DNA of 64,000 nucleotides. It comes from Candidatus Acidiferrales bacterium (GTDB lineage: Bacteria; Acidobacteriota; Terriglobia; Acidiferrales; UBA7541). Position 1 is the first letter of the stretch. Every line of letters begins with the position of its first letter. Where the stretch lies: the NCBI GenBank assembly GCA_050746725.1, contig JBOGMX010000009.1, positions 52,734 through 116,733 of the forward strand. Reading direction: 5' to 3'. Of the stretch, positions 9,045-17,206 are shown piece after piece. The notes under the pieces are model-generated. The model searched no databases, was not told where the DNA came from, and saw only the letters and a list, made by a program, of their open reading frames with translations. Position numbers and translations under genes: made by a program.

Positions 9045-10310
9045 CTAGCCGCCTCCACCGTTCGCGGCGGCGGCTTTAGAAATACGCACCTTCGTGCCGT
9101 CGGGCAGACCGTACGCGCCTTCGGTAACGATTCGCTCGCCGGGGCGCAGGCCGCTAATTATCTGCACTTCGTCGTCTTCATGAATGCCGGTCTGGATGCT
9201 GGTTTGGCGCGCGAGCCGATCCTTGCCAATAACCATCACGGAAGTGGCGCCATTGCCCGCAGTGAGCACTGCCGCAGATGGAACCACCAGCGCGTTTTTC
9301 ACGACGCGCGCGATTATATTCACGTTCACGGTGGCGCCGGGCCTGAGTTGGTCTTTAGGATTTAGGGCTTCCACCCAAACTTCGACCGTGGTGCTATTCG
9401 GATTGAGTGCGGGGCTCACGACGGTTACCTTGGCCGGAACCGTTGGCGCGCTACCCCCGAGCAAGATGGTCGCGGGATCGCCCACATGCAGCACCGAAGC
9501 CTGATCGGGCGAAATGTAGGCGCGGCCGATCACGTGCGAGAGATTCATGATCGTCATCATCGGCGCGCCGGCAGTGGCCATTTGGCCTTCGTAGAGCGGG
9601 CGATCGGTTACGACTCCGGTGATCGGACTGCGGATTAGGGAATATTGCAGTTGTGCGAGCGCCGCTTCGTACTGACCCTTTGCGGCGGCCAGCTGGCCCT
9701 TGGCGGTCTGTTCGGCGGCGCTTTGGCCAACTTTCCGCAGGCCCTGCAGATGGGCCAGGGCCATCTGATATTGGTTATTCGCCTGCGTGAAGGCGACACG
9801 CGATTCTTCCATCAAATTGCGCGAGATCGCCCCGGCTTTGTAGAGTTTTTCCCGGCTTCGATAGACCATGCGGCTGGATTGCATCGCCTGTCGCGTGGCT
9901 TGGACGTTCAAATTTGCGTTTTGAATCTGGGCGGGCAAACTCACCTGCGTGCTGGTGGCGTAGGCGGCTTGTGCCTGTTCGTAGGCACCCTTAGCCTGGT
10001 CCGCTGCCGCTTGCAGGTCGTTATTTTCCAACTTCGCGACGCGTTGACCCGCCTGCACGTGGCTGCCGCGGTTTACGTAGAACTTTTCAATCGGAGCGCT
10101 GATTTTCGGAACGATGGAGACTTCGTTTTTCGCGTAGAGCACCGCCTCGGTGGAGATAATTTGCTGAATCGTGTTCCGCTGCACGGTTGCGGCCTGCACG
10201 GTGACGACCGGCTCGGCGGGCGGTTTATTGCTCGAACAGCCGGCCCATGCAACAGTCGCACATAAGATCAACGGGCCAGCTGCGGCGCGAAACGTCCTGT
10301 GTTTATCCAC
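9045..10310 (-). CDS. Efflux RND periplasmic adaptor (membrane fusion protein, HlyD family)
   Basis: Lipoprotein signal LILCATVAWAGCSS, coiled-coil hairpin region, and barrel-sandwich / beta-barrel C-terminal part. Sits 15 nt upstream of the RND permease. Confidence 0.9.
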   Translation of the reverse strand: MDKHRTFRAAAGPLILCATVAWAGCSSNKPPAEPVVTVQAATVQRNTIQQIISTEAVLYAKNEVSIVPKISAPIEKFYVNRGSHVQAGQRVAKLENNDLQAAADQAKGAYEQAQAAYATSTQVSLPAQIQNANLNVQATRQAMQSSRMVYRSREKLYKAGAISRNLMEESRVAFTQANNQYQMALAHLQGLRKVGQSAAEQTAKGQLAAAKGQYEAALAQLQYSLIRSPITGVVTDRPLYEGQMATAGAPMMTIMNLSHVIGRAYISPDQASVLHVGDPATILLGGSAPTVPAKVTVVSPALNPNSTTVEVWVEALNPKDQLRPGATVNVNIIARVVKNALVVPSAAVLTAGNGATSVMVIGKDRLARQTSIQTGIHEDDEVQIISGLRPGERIVTEGAYGLPDGTKVRISKAAAANGGGG

Positions 10311-10312
10311 GC

Positions 10313-11710
10313 TCAGAAGCTCCCCGTGATCGTCTGCAGGGTGGCCAGCGCATCGCGATAGCGCGCCTCGCCTGTGGCGTAGCTATTGCGCGCATCCACC
10401 AAGGAGGTTTCGGCGTCAAGAACATCCAACACTACAGCCGATCCCGCTTGATACTGCATGGTGACTAGCTGCAAGTTCTGCTGCGCCAGATCGACCGAAT
10501 GACGCAAATTCCCCAGCTGGTTCCAGGCCACTTCGGACTGGTCGTAATAAGAGTGCAGCAAGCTGATGATTCTCCGGTGCGCGAATGAAAGATCGAGTTT
10601 GGCGGTTTCCCTTTGCTCCTCCGCGGCGTGAAGCTTGCTGAGCCGCGCGCCCCAGTCCCAAACGGGGATGTTCATGGAATAGGTAACAAAGTATCCCAGG
10701 TTCGGCTCCCGGACGTGCGGCGCAGTGGTATTTTCGCTTTCCAGAGCAAAATGATTTGCTTCAATACCATAATCGAAGTCAATCGAGAAGGAGGGAAAAA
10801 ACTCCGACCTCGCTGATCCGACAGCGACTTTCGATGCATTGTAGGCTGCCAACGCAGATGCGACGTCGGGATTGTGATTTTTGGCCATTGCCTCGGCTTG
10901 CTCAAAACTTGGCAGAACGGGAGGGGTGTCCAGGTCGTCGACAACATTGAAATCTTCGTTGAAGCTCGGAAAGAGCAATACGGCCAGATTTAACCGTGCT
11001 TGCGACATGGCCAATTGCGCGTCGCCGAGATTCCGCTGCGCCTGACTGACCTGCAGCTCAAAACGAATTACAGCCTGATGAGCAATCTCGCCGCCCTGCT
11101 CCAGCGCCTGGCTGATTTGCTGAAAGTGCTGCGCGTTGGTCAGGCTTTGCTGCGCGACGGCGAAGCTGCGTTCGGAGACGACGAGCGCGTAATAATCTTG
11201 GGTGATAGTGACGACGAGACTCCGCCCCGCGATCTGCGCACCGGCCTGCGCGATGGCTTTCTCGTACGCGGCGCGCCGAGGACCAGCATCGATGAAAAAG
11301 CTGCCGGGCATGTCCTGGTGAGCTGCGGCCCAAGCGCGATACACGTGCACACCGTCGTTGGTCACAAAGCGGCCAACCGGCGAGATGCCGTTGCCCTGGG
11401 TATTCAGGTACTGCGCCAAACCGCTGATGGCCGGCAGCATGGCGGCGCGGGCCTGCACTTGGTTGTATCGTGCAAGTTTTACGGCTGAGAGAGCTCTTTG
11501 AAAGTCGGGGCTGTTTTTCTGCGCGCGCGCGAGGGCGTCGGCGAGCGTCAACATCAACGGCGCGCTATTGGCCGACGGCGCTTGCGCGGCAGACTGCCCT
11601 TCCGCTGCGGGCACTGCCGTTAAAGCAGCGGTTTGCGCCAGTGCGTGCCCGGCGCAAAGGCTAATTGCAAGGAACACGCCTGCAATTAGTTTAAAAGTTC
11701 CGCCGAACAT
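10313..11710 (-). CDS. TolC-family outer membrane efflux protein
   Basis: Two TolC-like repeats with long helical segments. I start at the ATG at 11710 (MFGGTFKLIAGVFLAISLCAGHALAQ, a clean signal peptide). The track ORF extends to 11896 with an Arg-rich N-terminus. The stop is 2 nt from the MFP start. Confidence 0.85.
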   Translation of the reverse strand: MFGGTFKLIAGVFLAISLCAGHALAQTAALTAVPAAEGQSAAQAPSANSAPLMLTLADALARAQKNSPDFQRALSAVKLARYNQVQARAAMLPAISGLAQYLNTQGNGISPVGRFVTNDGVHVYRAWAAAHQDMPGSFFIDAGPRRAAYEKAIAQAGAQIAGRSLVVTITQDYYALVVSERSFAVAQQSLTNAQHFQQISQALEQGGEIAHQAVIRFELQVSQAQRNLGDAQLAMSQARLNLAVLLFPSFNEDFNVVDDLDTPPVLPSFEQAEAMAKNHNPDVASALAAYNASKVAVGSARSEFFPSFSIDFDYGIEANHFALESENTTAPHVREPNLGYFVTYSMNIPVWDWGARLSKLHAAEEQRETAKLDLSFAHRRIISLLHSYYDQSEVAWNQLGNLRHSVDLAQQNLQLVTMQYQAGSAVVLDVLDAETSLVDARNSYATGEARYRDALATLQTITGSF

Positions 11711-11994
11711 ACGACTGCGCCGCAAGGCGTGCGCGCGTTTCTTTCGCGCGGCAGTACTATAGTTCCAAATCCTTTGCTCTTCTGGCGGCATTTTATCCAT
11801 GGTCATCGATTCTCCTCCAAAGCATCGCCCGAATCGGGCGCCGCAGCGCGCGCCTGCGAGACGCGGCGATCTCTTTTCCCTTCGGAAAGCAAACACAAAT
11901 CGCGGGTCGCAAGCAGCATACAGGACCTACAATTCCAAGTACGCAGCGAAGCGAAGTGGTGTTACGCATGCAGAAGACTTCCCAAGAATGTGCT

Positions 11995-12002
11995 GAAGCT
12001 TG
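11995..12002. repeat. Left copy of the 8-bp target-site duplication GAAGCTTG
   Basis: Identical 8-mer directly abuts the outer end of each terminal inverted repeat (11995-12002 and 14629-14636). Confidence 0.75.
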
Positions 12003-12019
12003 GGTGGTGTCCTAATTTG
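12003..12019. repeat. Left terminal inverted repeat of the IS
   Basis: GGTGGTGTCCTAATTTG matches the reverse complement of 14612-14628 at 16 of 17 positions. Confidence 0.8.
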
Positions 12020-12031
12020 AAGTTCATGTCC

Positions 12032-12217
12032 CTAGTTCGAGGCATTGAGCGTGCTCCGAATCCATTCCGAAACGGTATGTTTTGCGGCCTTCGCCTTCGA
12101 CTCAATCGCCTTCATTTCGTCGGGAGTCACGCGCACACGCAAAAACAGTCCCTTAGCGTGTCCCTTCGGCAACGGTGGACGCCCTGCTTTCTTAGGCTTC
12201 GTCTGCTTGTGGCTCAC
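12032..12217 (-). CDS. Ribbon-helix-helix (CopG/MobC-like) small DNA-binding protein, IS passenger
   Basis: 61 aa. Basic N-terminal tail, then LFLRVRVTPDEMKAIESKAKAAKHTVSEWIRSTL (beta strand - helix - helix pattern). GTG start with GGAG about 11 nt upstream. Overlaps the upstream ORF by 26 nt. Confidence 0.55.
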   Translation of the reverse strand: MSHKQTKPKKAGRPPLPKGHAKGLFLRVRVTPDEMKAIESKAKAAKHTVSEWIRSTLNASN

Positions 12218-12509
12218 GGCTTCTAAACTCCTGTACGATGGCGGCTCTCACGGCCAAGAGTGGCGATGTTACTTTGTCCATATGGAGCACAGTTACATAC
12301 CGTTTCTTCCCGTCCGCGTCATGCGACCATGCGTAAATCTTCGTTGCTTTCGGATGGTCGATCAGCTCAAACACTTCTACGACGCCTTCCCAAACTGTTT
12401 TGCCTTGAAACGTTTCCTTGATTGGGACGCTCTCAAGGTGACGCGATTCGACGCCGTGCAAGCGGCGAATCGCCTCCCCTAATTCTTCGATGTATCGCTC
12501 GCCTGCCAT
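12192..12509 (-). CDS. Hypothetical 105-aa protein, IS passenger
   Basis: Globular-looking sequence (..ETFQGKTVWEGVVEVFELIDHPKATKIYAWSHDADGKKRYVTVLH..). Its ATG overlaps the upstream stop (TAATG). I recognise no domain. Confidence 0.55.
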   Translation of the reverse strand: MAGERYIEELGEAIRRLHGVESRHLESVPIKETFQGKTVWEGVVEVFELIDHPKATKIYAWSHDADGKKRYVTVLHMDKVTSPLLAVRAAIVQEFRSREPQADEA

Positions 12510-12805
12510 TAACGTTCTGTCTCATTCCCCACCAACTCTAGGCGGATGCACTTCCCGAATGGCCGATTTTGCATGTCACGAAGGAACGCTACGAAGCCAT
12601 ACAGAACCTTGGCATCCGAAGGGCCTTCAATTTGAGTGGCGGCAGCATCGCTAGCAATGGACTCCTGGCAATTCGGGCATTGCCTTACTATTTGACGATC
12701 TATCTTTTCAATCGGAACGAAGTAGGTAGCTTCGCAATGTGGACAGTGGAATCCGATGCTACGAATATCTTTAGGAGCTACCAAGATGCGATTTTCACTT
12801 GTCAT
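12509..12805 (-). CDS. Zinc-ribbon protein (CxxC..CxxC), IS passenger
   Basis: 98 aa with CPHC-x21-CPNC. Its ATG overlaps the transposase stop (ATGA). Confidence 0.55.
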   Translation of the reverse strand: MTSENRILVAPKDIRSIGFHCPHCEATYFVPIEKIDRQIVRQCPNCQESIASDAAATQIEGPSDAKVLYGFVAFLRDMQNRPFGKCIRLELVGNETER

Positions 12806-13605
12806 GCCGCGGCCTCCACCAAGTCTCTAACGCTCCAAAAATCTCTCTCGACGCCCGCTGCCATAGCCGGGGTGCAGCGCAGCGTGCCGTGGCTCTTCAC
12901 TAAATTGTAATAGGCGAAGTGAAGCGCAGCGGCGGCTTCAAAGTTTTCCAGCTTCTTGCTGAAAGCGTAGGTCAACCGGGTAAGACGGCGCATGTGCAAA
13001 CGGGTCGTGCCGTTCAATCGCTCGATGTGGCTCGTGGAAGCCATCTGCATATCAGGGCGACCCGAATAAGCTTTCTTGTTCATTCGAATAACTTCCGCGT
13101 CCATCGAATCGTTCTCAAAAACCTTCACGATCTGCGCGAAGTCCACGTTTCCGCCGAACGCGCCCTCGACCGCTGTAACGTAGGCGTTAAGGCCGTCCGT
13201 TGAAATTTGGACTCGGTTTGTCATCCGGCTTGCGACATCCGCGACAAAGGCATTCGCCGTCGCATGGTCGCGTTTGCCGACCTTGAATGAAGGAACAAGC
13301 TTCGTGTCCGAATCAATCGCAACCCACGTCCAAACATCGCCAAGGGTCGAACTATCATCAGGGCGCACATGCTTTTCCTTTTTGCCGACGAATCCCCAAA
13401 TTTCGTCTAGCTCTAGATGCTGGCAGGGCAGCTCGCGCATCTTCGCGTCTAGCAGCGATTGGCAGCCCATCCCTACACGCACGCCCAACCGCATGATGGT
13501 ATCCCGATGCACGCCAGTCTGCCGTTCAATAGAGCGGATGCTAGAGCCTTCCGCGAGCGCTCCGATGATTGCCGTTTGCTTTTCCGTGCTCAGGATGTTT
13601 GCCAT
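12802..13605 (-). CDS. IS1-family transposase (single ORF, N-terminal HTH plus DDE domain)
   Basis: Start at the ATG at 13605 with AGGAGA 7 nt upstream. N-terminal HTH EGSSIRSIERQTGVHRDTIMRL. IS1-like LELDEIWGFVGKKEK. Candidate DDE residues lie in WTWVAIDSDTKLV, ISTDGLNAY and SHIERLNGTTR. 268 aa. Confidence 0.9.
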   Translation of the reverse strand: MANILSTEKQTAIIGALAEGSSIRSIERQTGVHRDTIMRLGVRVGMGCQSLLDAKMRELPCQHLELDEIWGFVGKKEKHVRPDDSSTLGDVWTWVAIDSDTKLVPSFKVGKRDHATANAFVADVASRMTNRVQISTDGLNAYVTAVEGAFGGNVDFAQIVKVFENDSMDAEVIRMNKKAYSGRPDMQMASTSHIERLNGTTRLHMRRLTRLTYAFSKKLENFEAAAALHFAYYNLVKSHGTLRCTPAMAAGVERDFWSVRDLVEAAA

Positions 13606-13627
13606 GTGCGCGTCTCCTATGATAATA

Positions 13628-13656
13628 ACTGTACCCCGATAAATAAGAGTTGTCAA
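13628..13656 (-). promoter_or_regulatory. Putative sigma70-type promoter for the transposase operon
   Basis: On the minus strand: TTGACA, 17-nt spacer, TACAGT, then AGGAGA and the ATG. Confidence 0.4.
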
Positions 13657-13677
13657 CAAGTATTTCTGTGCTACAAT
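13650..13677 (+). promoter_or_regulatory. Putative divergent promoter for the membrane-protein passenger gene
   Basis: TTGTCA, 16-nt spacer, TACAAT. Its -35 box overlaps the transposase -35 box within the palindrome TTGTCAACAA. The -10 ends 6 nt before the ATG at 13684. Confidence 0.35.
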
Positions 13678-13683
13678 AATTAT

Positions 13684-14619
13684 ATGGAAGATCAGCCCAG
13701 CGGCGACAATGTACAAGAGAACGGCAACGAGCCATCGCCCACCGCTTCGAAATCTATAAAGGAGCCAACTGGCGACGCAACACAGCAGGTACGCGGCGAA
13801 AGTACAAACCAGCAGATAGCCAATCTTGAGGACAGGATCAGAAGTGCCGAAAAATGGATGATAGGTCTGACGGGGGCGATTGCTTTCTTCGCTCTCTGCT
13901 CCGTAATAGTCGGCTTTCTTCAGTGGTCCGTTATAAAAAGCGGCGGCAAGGATACACGTTCTTTGGCCGACGCAGCCAAGACGCAAGCGGCTCAAATGAC
14001 TAACGTGTCTGATGCCGCTGACAAAATCAAGAACGCCGCCCAAAATATGGTCGCGCAAGACCAACGGATAGCCGACAACTCCGAGGCCGCTCTGAAGGCC
14101 ACAACGAAACAGGCCAAGTCCGCCTTGGATTCCAGTATTGACTCTTCTCATCTCGACCAGCGCGCTTGGTTGGTCGTTTCTACACTGGCGATTTCTGCCG
14201 AACCATCCCAGGAAGACGGGGCCAGCGTCACCGTCTCTCTGGCCAACACCGGAAGAACACCGGCCCTGAAACTGATTAATCAGTCTAAGTTGTTTTTTCT
14301 TGATATCGACCCGGCTGGGGCCAATTTCAATCTTCCCACTAATCCCCGGAGCAGGGCGATAGTCCCTCCGGGTGTTTCTGGAGTTCAATTCACGACGGGC
14401 AAATTGAAATTCAAGAGTCTTAGCCAAGTTGGTCTGTATGAAAGCGGTGTTTATAAAGTCTATGTTCAGGCTCTGATCCGGTACAGAGACGTTTTCGGCA
14501 AATCTCATTGGACCAGCGTATGCGCTTACCACACGTACGGGGCGCGCTTGGACTATTTCCAATTTTGCGAACACGGGAACGAAGTAGACGGTGAACAAGC
14601 ACAAGAGCAGCCAAATTAG
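13684..14619 (+). CDS. Single-pass membrane protein (disordered N-terminus, TM, coiled coil, beta-rich C-terminal domain), IS passenger
   Basis: TM segment WMIGLTGAIAFFALCSVIVGFLQW. A/Q/K-rich helical region. Beta-rich end ..SVTVSLANTGRTPALKL..VYVQALIRYRDVFGKSHWTSVCAYH... The TAG stop (14617-14619) lies inside the right IR. The opposite-strand 615-aa ORF over this region looks non-protein-like. Confidence 0.55.
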   Translation: MEDQPSGDNVQENGNEPSPTASKSIKEPTGDATQQVRGESTNQQIANLEDRIRSAEKWMIGLTGAIAFFALCSVIVGFLQWSVIKSGGKDTRSLADAAKTQAAQMTNVSDAADKIKNAAQNMVAQDQRIADNSEAALKATTKQAKSALDSSIDSSHLDQRAWLVVSTLAISAEPSQEDGASVTVSLANTGRTPALKLINQSKLFFLDIDPAGANFNLPTNPRSRAIVPPGVSGVQFTTGKLKFKSLSQVGLYESGVYKVYVQALIRYRDVFGKSHWTSVCAYHTYGARLDYFQFCEHGNEVDGEQAQEQPN

Positions 14620-14628
14620 GACACTACC
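14612..14628. repeat. Right terminal inverted repeat of the IS
   Basis: CAAATTAGGACACTACC. See the left IR. Confidence 0.8.
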
Positions 14629-14636
14629 GAAGCTTG
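14629..14636. repeat. Right copy of the 8-bp target-site duplication GAAGCTTG
   Basis: See the left copy. Confidence 0.75.
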
Positions 14637-14798
14637 AAACAATTTGCAAAAGCGTGGCGGATACCGCATGATCTTTGTTTGTCTTTACGTAAGCATCATA
14701 CGGGTGCAGGCGACACTCGAAAGTGGCGGCACTGAGCCGTCATTTCGCTGAACGCTAACCGCTTCTTTATTTTCCGCGGACACATCAGGAGGAATTGA

Positions 14799-16112
14799 AT
14801 GCGCAGGCCCGCAAGTCTTACTCCGCCAAAAGGCAAGTTGGGCGTCTTGACGCCCGGCATGGGAGCCGTAAGCACGACGCTCATGGCCGGAGTCGAATTG
14901 ATTCGCAAAGGCGAATCAGTTCCGGTTGGATCGCTCACACAAATGGGAACCATCCGGCTCGGGAAGAGAACGGAAAACCGCGTTCCCGCCATCAAGGACT
15001 TCGTTCCTCTGGCCAAATTGAACGACATCGTTTTCGGCGGCTGGGATATTTTCCCTGATACCGCCTATCAATCAGCGGCGAACGCCGGAGTTCTGGATGC
15101 GAAGGACCTGTCGAAGGCCGAGAAATATCTAAAGACGATCCGGCCGATGAAGGCGGCATTCGATCAAAATTACGTGAAGAAGTTGCAGGGCACCAATGTC
15201 AAGAAGGCGAAGACGAAGTTCGACCTGGCCCAGCAGATCCGTGAAGACATCCGCGAGTTCAAGAAAAAGAACAAACTCGACCGCCTGGTGATGCTATGGT
15301 GCGGTTCAACCGAGATATTTTTGAAGGCCGAGGACGTTCATCGCGATATGGCGTCGTTTGAAAAAGCGATGAAGGAAAATCATCCGGCCATCGCGCCTTC
15401 CATGCTGTACGCCTACGCCGCCATTAGTGAAGGCGTGCCGTACGCGAATGGCGCGCCGAACCTCAGCGTCGACTTCCGCGCCCTCGAAGAATACGCAAAA
15501 TCGAAAAACGTGCCGATTGCCGGAAAAGACTTCAAGACCGGGCAGACGATGATGAAAACCGTGCTAGCGCCTGCCTTCAAGGCGCGGATGATTGGGCTAA
15601 ATGGCTGGTTTTCGACGAACATTCTGGGCAACCGCGACGGAGAAGTTCTCGAAGACCCTGGATCATTTAAAACCAAGGAAGAATCAAAACTCGGCGCGCT
15701 GGAATATATCTTGCAGCCGAAGGTGTATCCCGACCTCTACGGAAAGTTCACCCACAAGGTGCGGATCAACTACTATCCGCCGCGCCGCGACAACAAAGAA
15801 GGCTGGGATAACATCGATATTTTCGGGTGGCTCGGCTATCCGATGCAGATCAAAATCGATTTCCTGTGCCGCGATTCGATCCTGGCCGCGCCGATCGCGC
15901 TGGACCTGGTGCTGTTCCTCGACTTGGCAAAACGGGCGGGTATGCGCGGAATCCAGGAGTGGCTGAGTTTCTACTTCAAATCGCCGATGTGCGCGCCGGA
16001 GCTTTATCCGGAGCACGATCTGTTTATCCAACTGATGAAACTGAAAAATACGCTGCGCTGGATGATGGGCGAAGAATTAATCACTCACCTTGGCGCGGAG
16101 TATTACGATTAG
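14799..16112 (+). CDS. ino1: Inositol-3-phosphate synthase (myo-inositol-1-phosphate synthase)
   Basis: 437 aa. N-terminal LGVLTPGMGAVSTTLMAG Rossmann-like start, plus ANGAPN and GKDFKTGQTMMKTVLAP motifs typical of bacterial/archaeal MIPS. AGGAGG RBS. Confidence 0.88.
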   Translation: MRRPASLTPPKGKLGVLTPGMGAVSTTLMAGVELIRKGESVPVGSLTQMGTIRLGKRTENRVPAIKDFVPLAKLNDIVFGGWDIFPDTAYQSAANAGVLDAKDLSKAEKYLKTIRPMKAAFDQNYVKKLQGTNVKKAKTKFDLAQQIREDIREFKKKNKLDRLVMLWCGSTEIFLKAEDVHRDMASFEKAMKENHPAIAPSMLYAYAAISEGVPYANGAPNLSVDFRALEEYAKSKNVPIAGKDFKTGQTMMKTVLAPAFKARMIGLNGWFSTNILGNRDGEVLEDPGSFKTKEESKLGALEYILQPKVYPDLYGKFTHKVRINYYPPRRDNKEGWDNIDIFGWLGYPMQIKIDFLCRDSILAAPIALDLVLFLDLAKRAGMRGIQEWLSFYFKSPMCAPELYPEHDLFIQLMKLKNTLRWMMGEELITHLGAEYYD

Positions 16113-16260
16113 AAGAGAGCTAGGTCGAGCTTCGGATCGACGTTCGATTCGGGCATCCGTTCGATTTGCTCGCCGATAGCCGCGCTCTAACTCGGACCCG
16201 GTTCATACTCCAGCGAGGGCGCGGCGCAGACAGCGTCGCGTCCGAGTGGAAGAGTCGACC

Positions 16261-17169
16261 ATGAAAGCAGTCCGGTTCGATAAGTACGGCGGCGTTGAAG
16301 TCCTGTACGTCGCCGACGTGCCAACCCCTGAACCAGCCGCCGGCGAAGTTTTGGTCAAGGTAAAGACTGCGGCGATCAACCCCGGTGAATCGAAAATCCG
16401 CGAGGGAATGTTTAAGGACACTTGGCCGGCCACCTTTCCGTCCGGTGAAGGCAGCGACCTCGCCGGAATCGTGACGAAAGTCGGCGCGGGCGGCGCGAAC
16501 TTCAAGGCCGGTGACGAAGTACTCGGATTCACCGACAGTCGCGCTAGCCACGCCGAATATGTGGTGGTAGAAAAGCAGAACCTCGCTCCCAAATCACCGC
16601 AGGTACCGTGGGAAGTTGCCGGATCGCTGGCCGTCGCTGGAAGCACGGCCTACGCTTGCGTGCGCGCGGTGTCCCTGAAGCCGCGTGACAAGGTCGCGGT
16701 GTCCGGCGCCGCGGGCGGCGTTGGATCGATCACCATTCAGCTCGCTAAACGGACGGGCGCGGAAGTGATCGGCATCGCCAGCCCGGCGAATCGCGAGTGG
16801 CTTTCGGCACACGGAGTCCAGTCCGTAGCCTACGGCCCGGGGCTTGCCGAGCAGCTGCGCAAAGCCGGGATCAACGCGTTCATCGACACGCATGGGTTGG
16901 GCTACGTGAAACTGGCAGTGGAGCTCGGCGTGCCGCGCGACCGCATCAACACAATTATCGACTTCGCCGCGGCAAAGGAATACGGCGTAAAAGCCGAGGG
17001 CGGCCAGTCCGCGAAGAGCGCTTCGGTGCTAGCCGAACTCGCCGGACTGGTAGCGTCGGGCGGACTGGAAGTGCCGATCGCAGCCACCTTCCCGTTGACC
17101 GAGGTTCGCGCCGCGTACAAGGTCGTGGAGCAAGGCCACACCCGCGGTAAGATCGTGTTGCTGCCCTAG
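16261..17169 (+). CDS. NADP-dependent oxidoreductase, medium-chain dehydrogenase/reductase (quinone oxidoreductase-like)
   Basis: MKAVRFDKYGGVEVLYVADVPTPEPAAGEVLVKVKTAAINPGE and the Rossmann motif VSGAAGGVGSITIQLAK. Confidence 0.85.
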   Translation: MKAVRFDKYGGVEVLYVADVPTPEPAAGEVLVKVKTAAINPGESKIREGMFKDTWPATFPSGEGSDLAGIVTKVGAGGANFKAGDEVLGFTDSRASHAEYVVVEKQNLAPKSPQVPWEVAGSLAVAGSTAYACVRAVSLKPRDKVAVSGAAGGVGSITIQLAKRTGAEVIGIASPANREWLSAHGVQSVAYGPGLAEQLRKAGINAFIDTHGLGYVKLAVELGVPRDRINTIIDFAAAKEYGVKAEGGQSAKSASVLAELAGLVASGGLEVPIAATFPLTEVRAAYKVVEQGHTRGKIVLLP

Positions 17170-17206
17170 GACCGCCCTCTTTTAGCCGCAGAATTTCTGC
17201 TGATGG

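Larger units (their letters stand above)
12003..14628 (-). mobile_element. IS1-family insertion sequence (single-ORF transposase type) carrying four passenger ORFs
   Basis: The left IR is GGTGGTGTCCTAATTTG (12003-12019). The reverse complement of the right IR is GGTAGTGTCCTAATTTG (14612-14628), a 16/17 match, and both ends fit GGnnnTG. The element is flanked by the 8-bp direct repeat GAAGCTTG, contains an IS1-like DDE transposase, and is visibly less GC-rich than its flanks. Confidence 0.8.

Noticed and set aside
11711-11896. N-terminal extension of the TolC-family ORF
   Set aside because: The Arg-rich leader precedes a clean signal peptide that starts at the ATG at 11710. I cannot fully exclude the in-frame ATG at about 11806 (MTMDKM..).
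12802-14649. 615-aa minus-strand ORF that looks like a very large transposase fusion
   Set aside because: Only the C-terminal 268 aa (from the ATG at 13605, with an AGGAGA RBS) look like an IS1 transposase. The upstream 347 aa are low-complexity and hydrophobic nonsense. They cross the AT-rich promoter spacer and the right IR/target-duplication boundary, and they are antisense to a much more protein-like plus-strand ORF (13684-14619).
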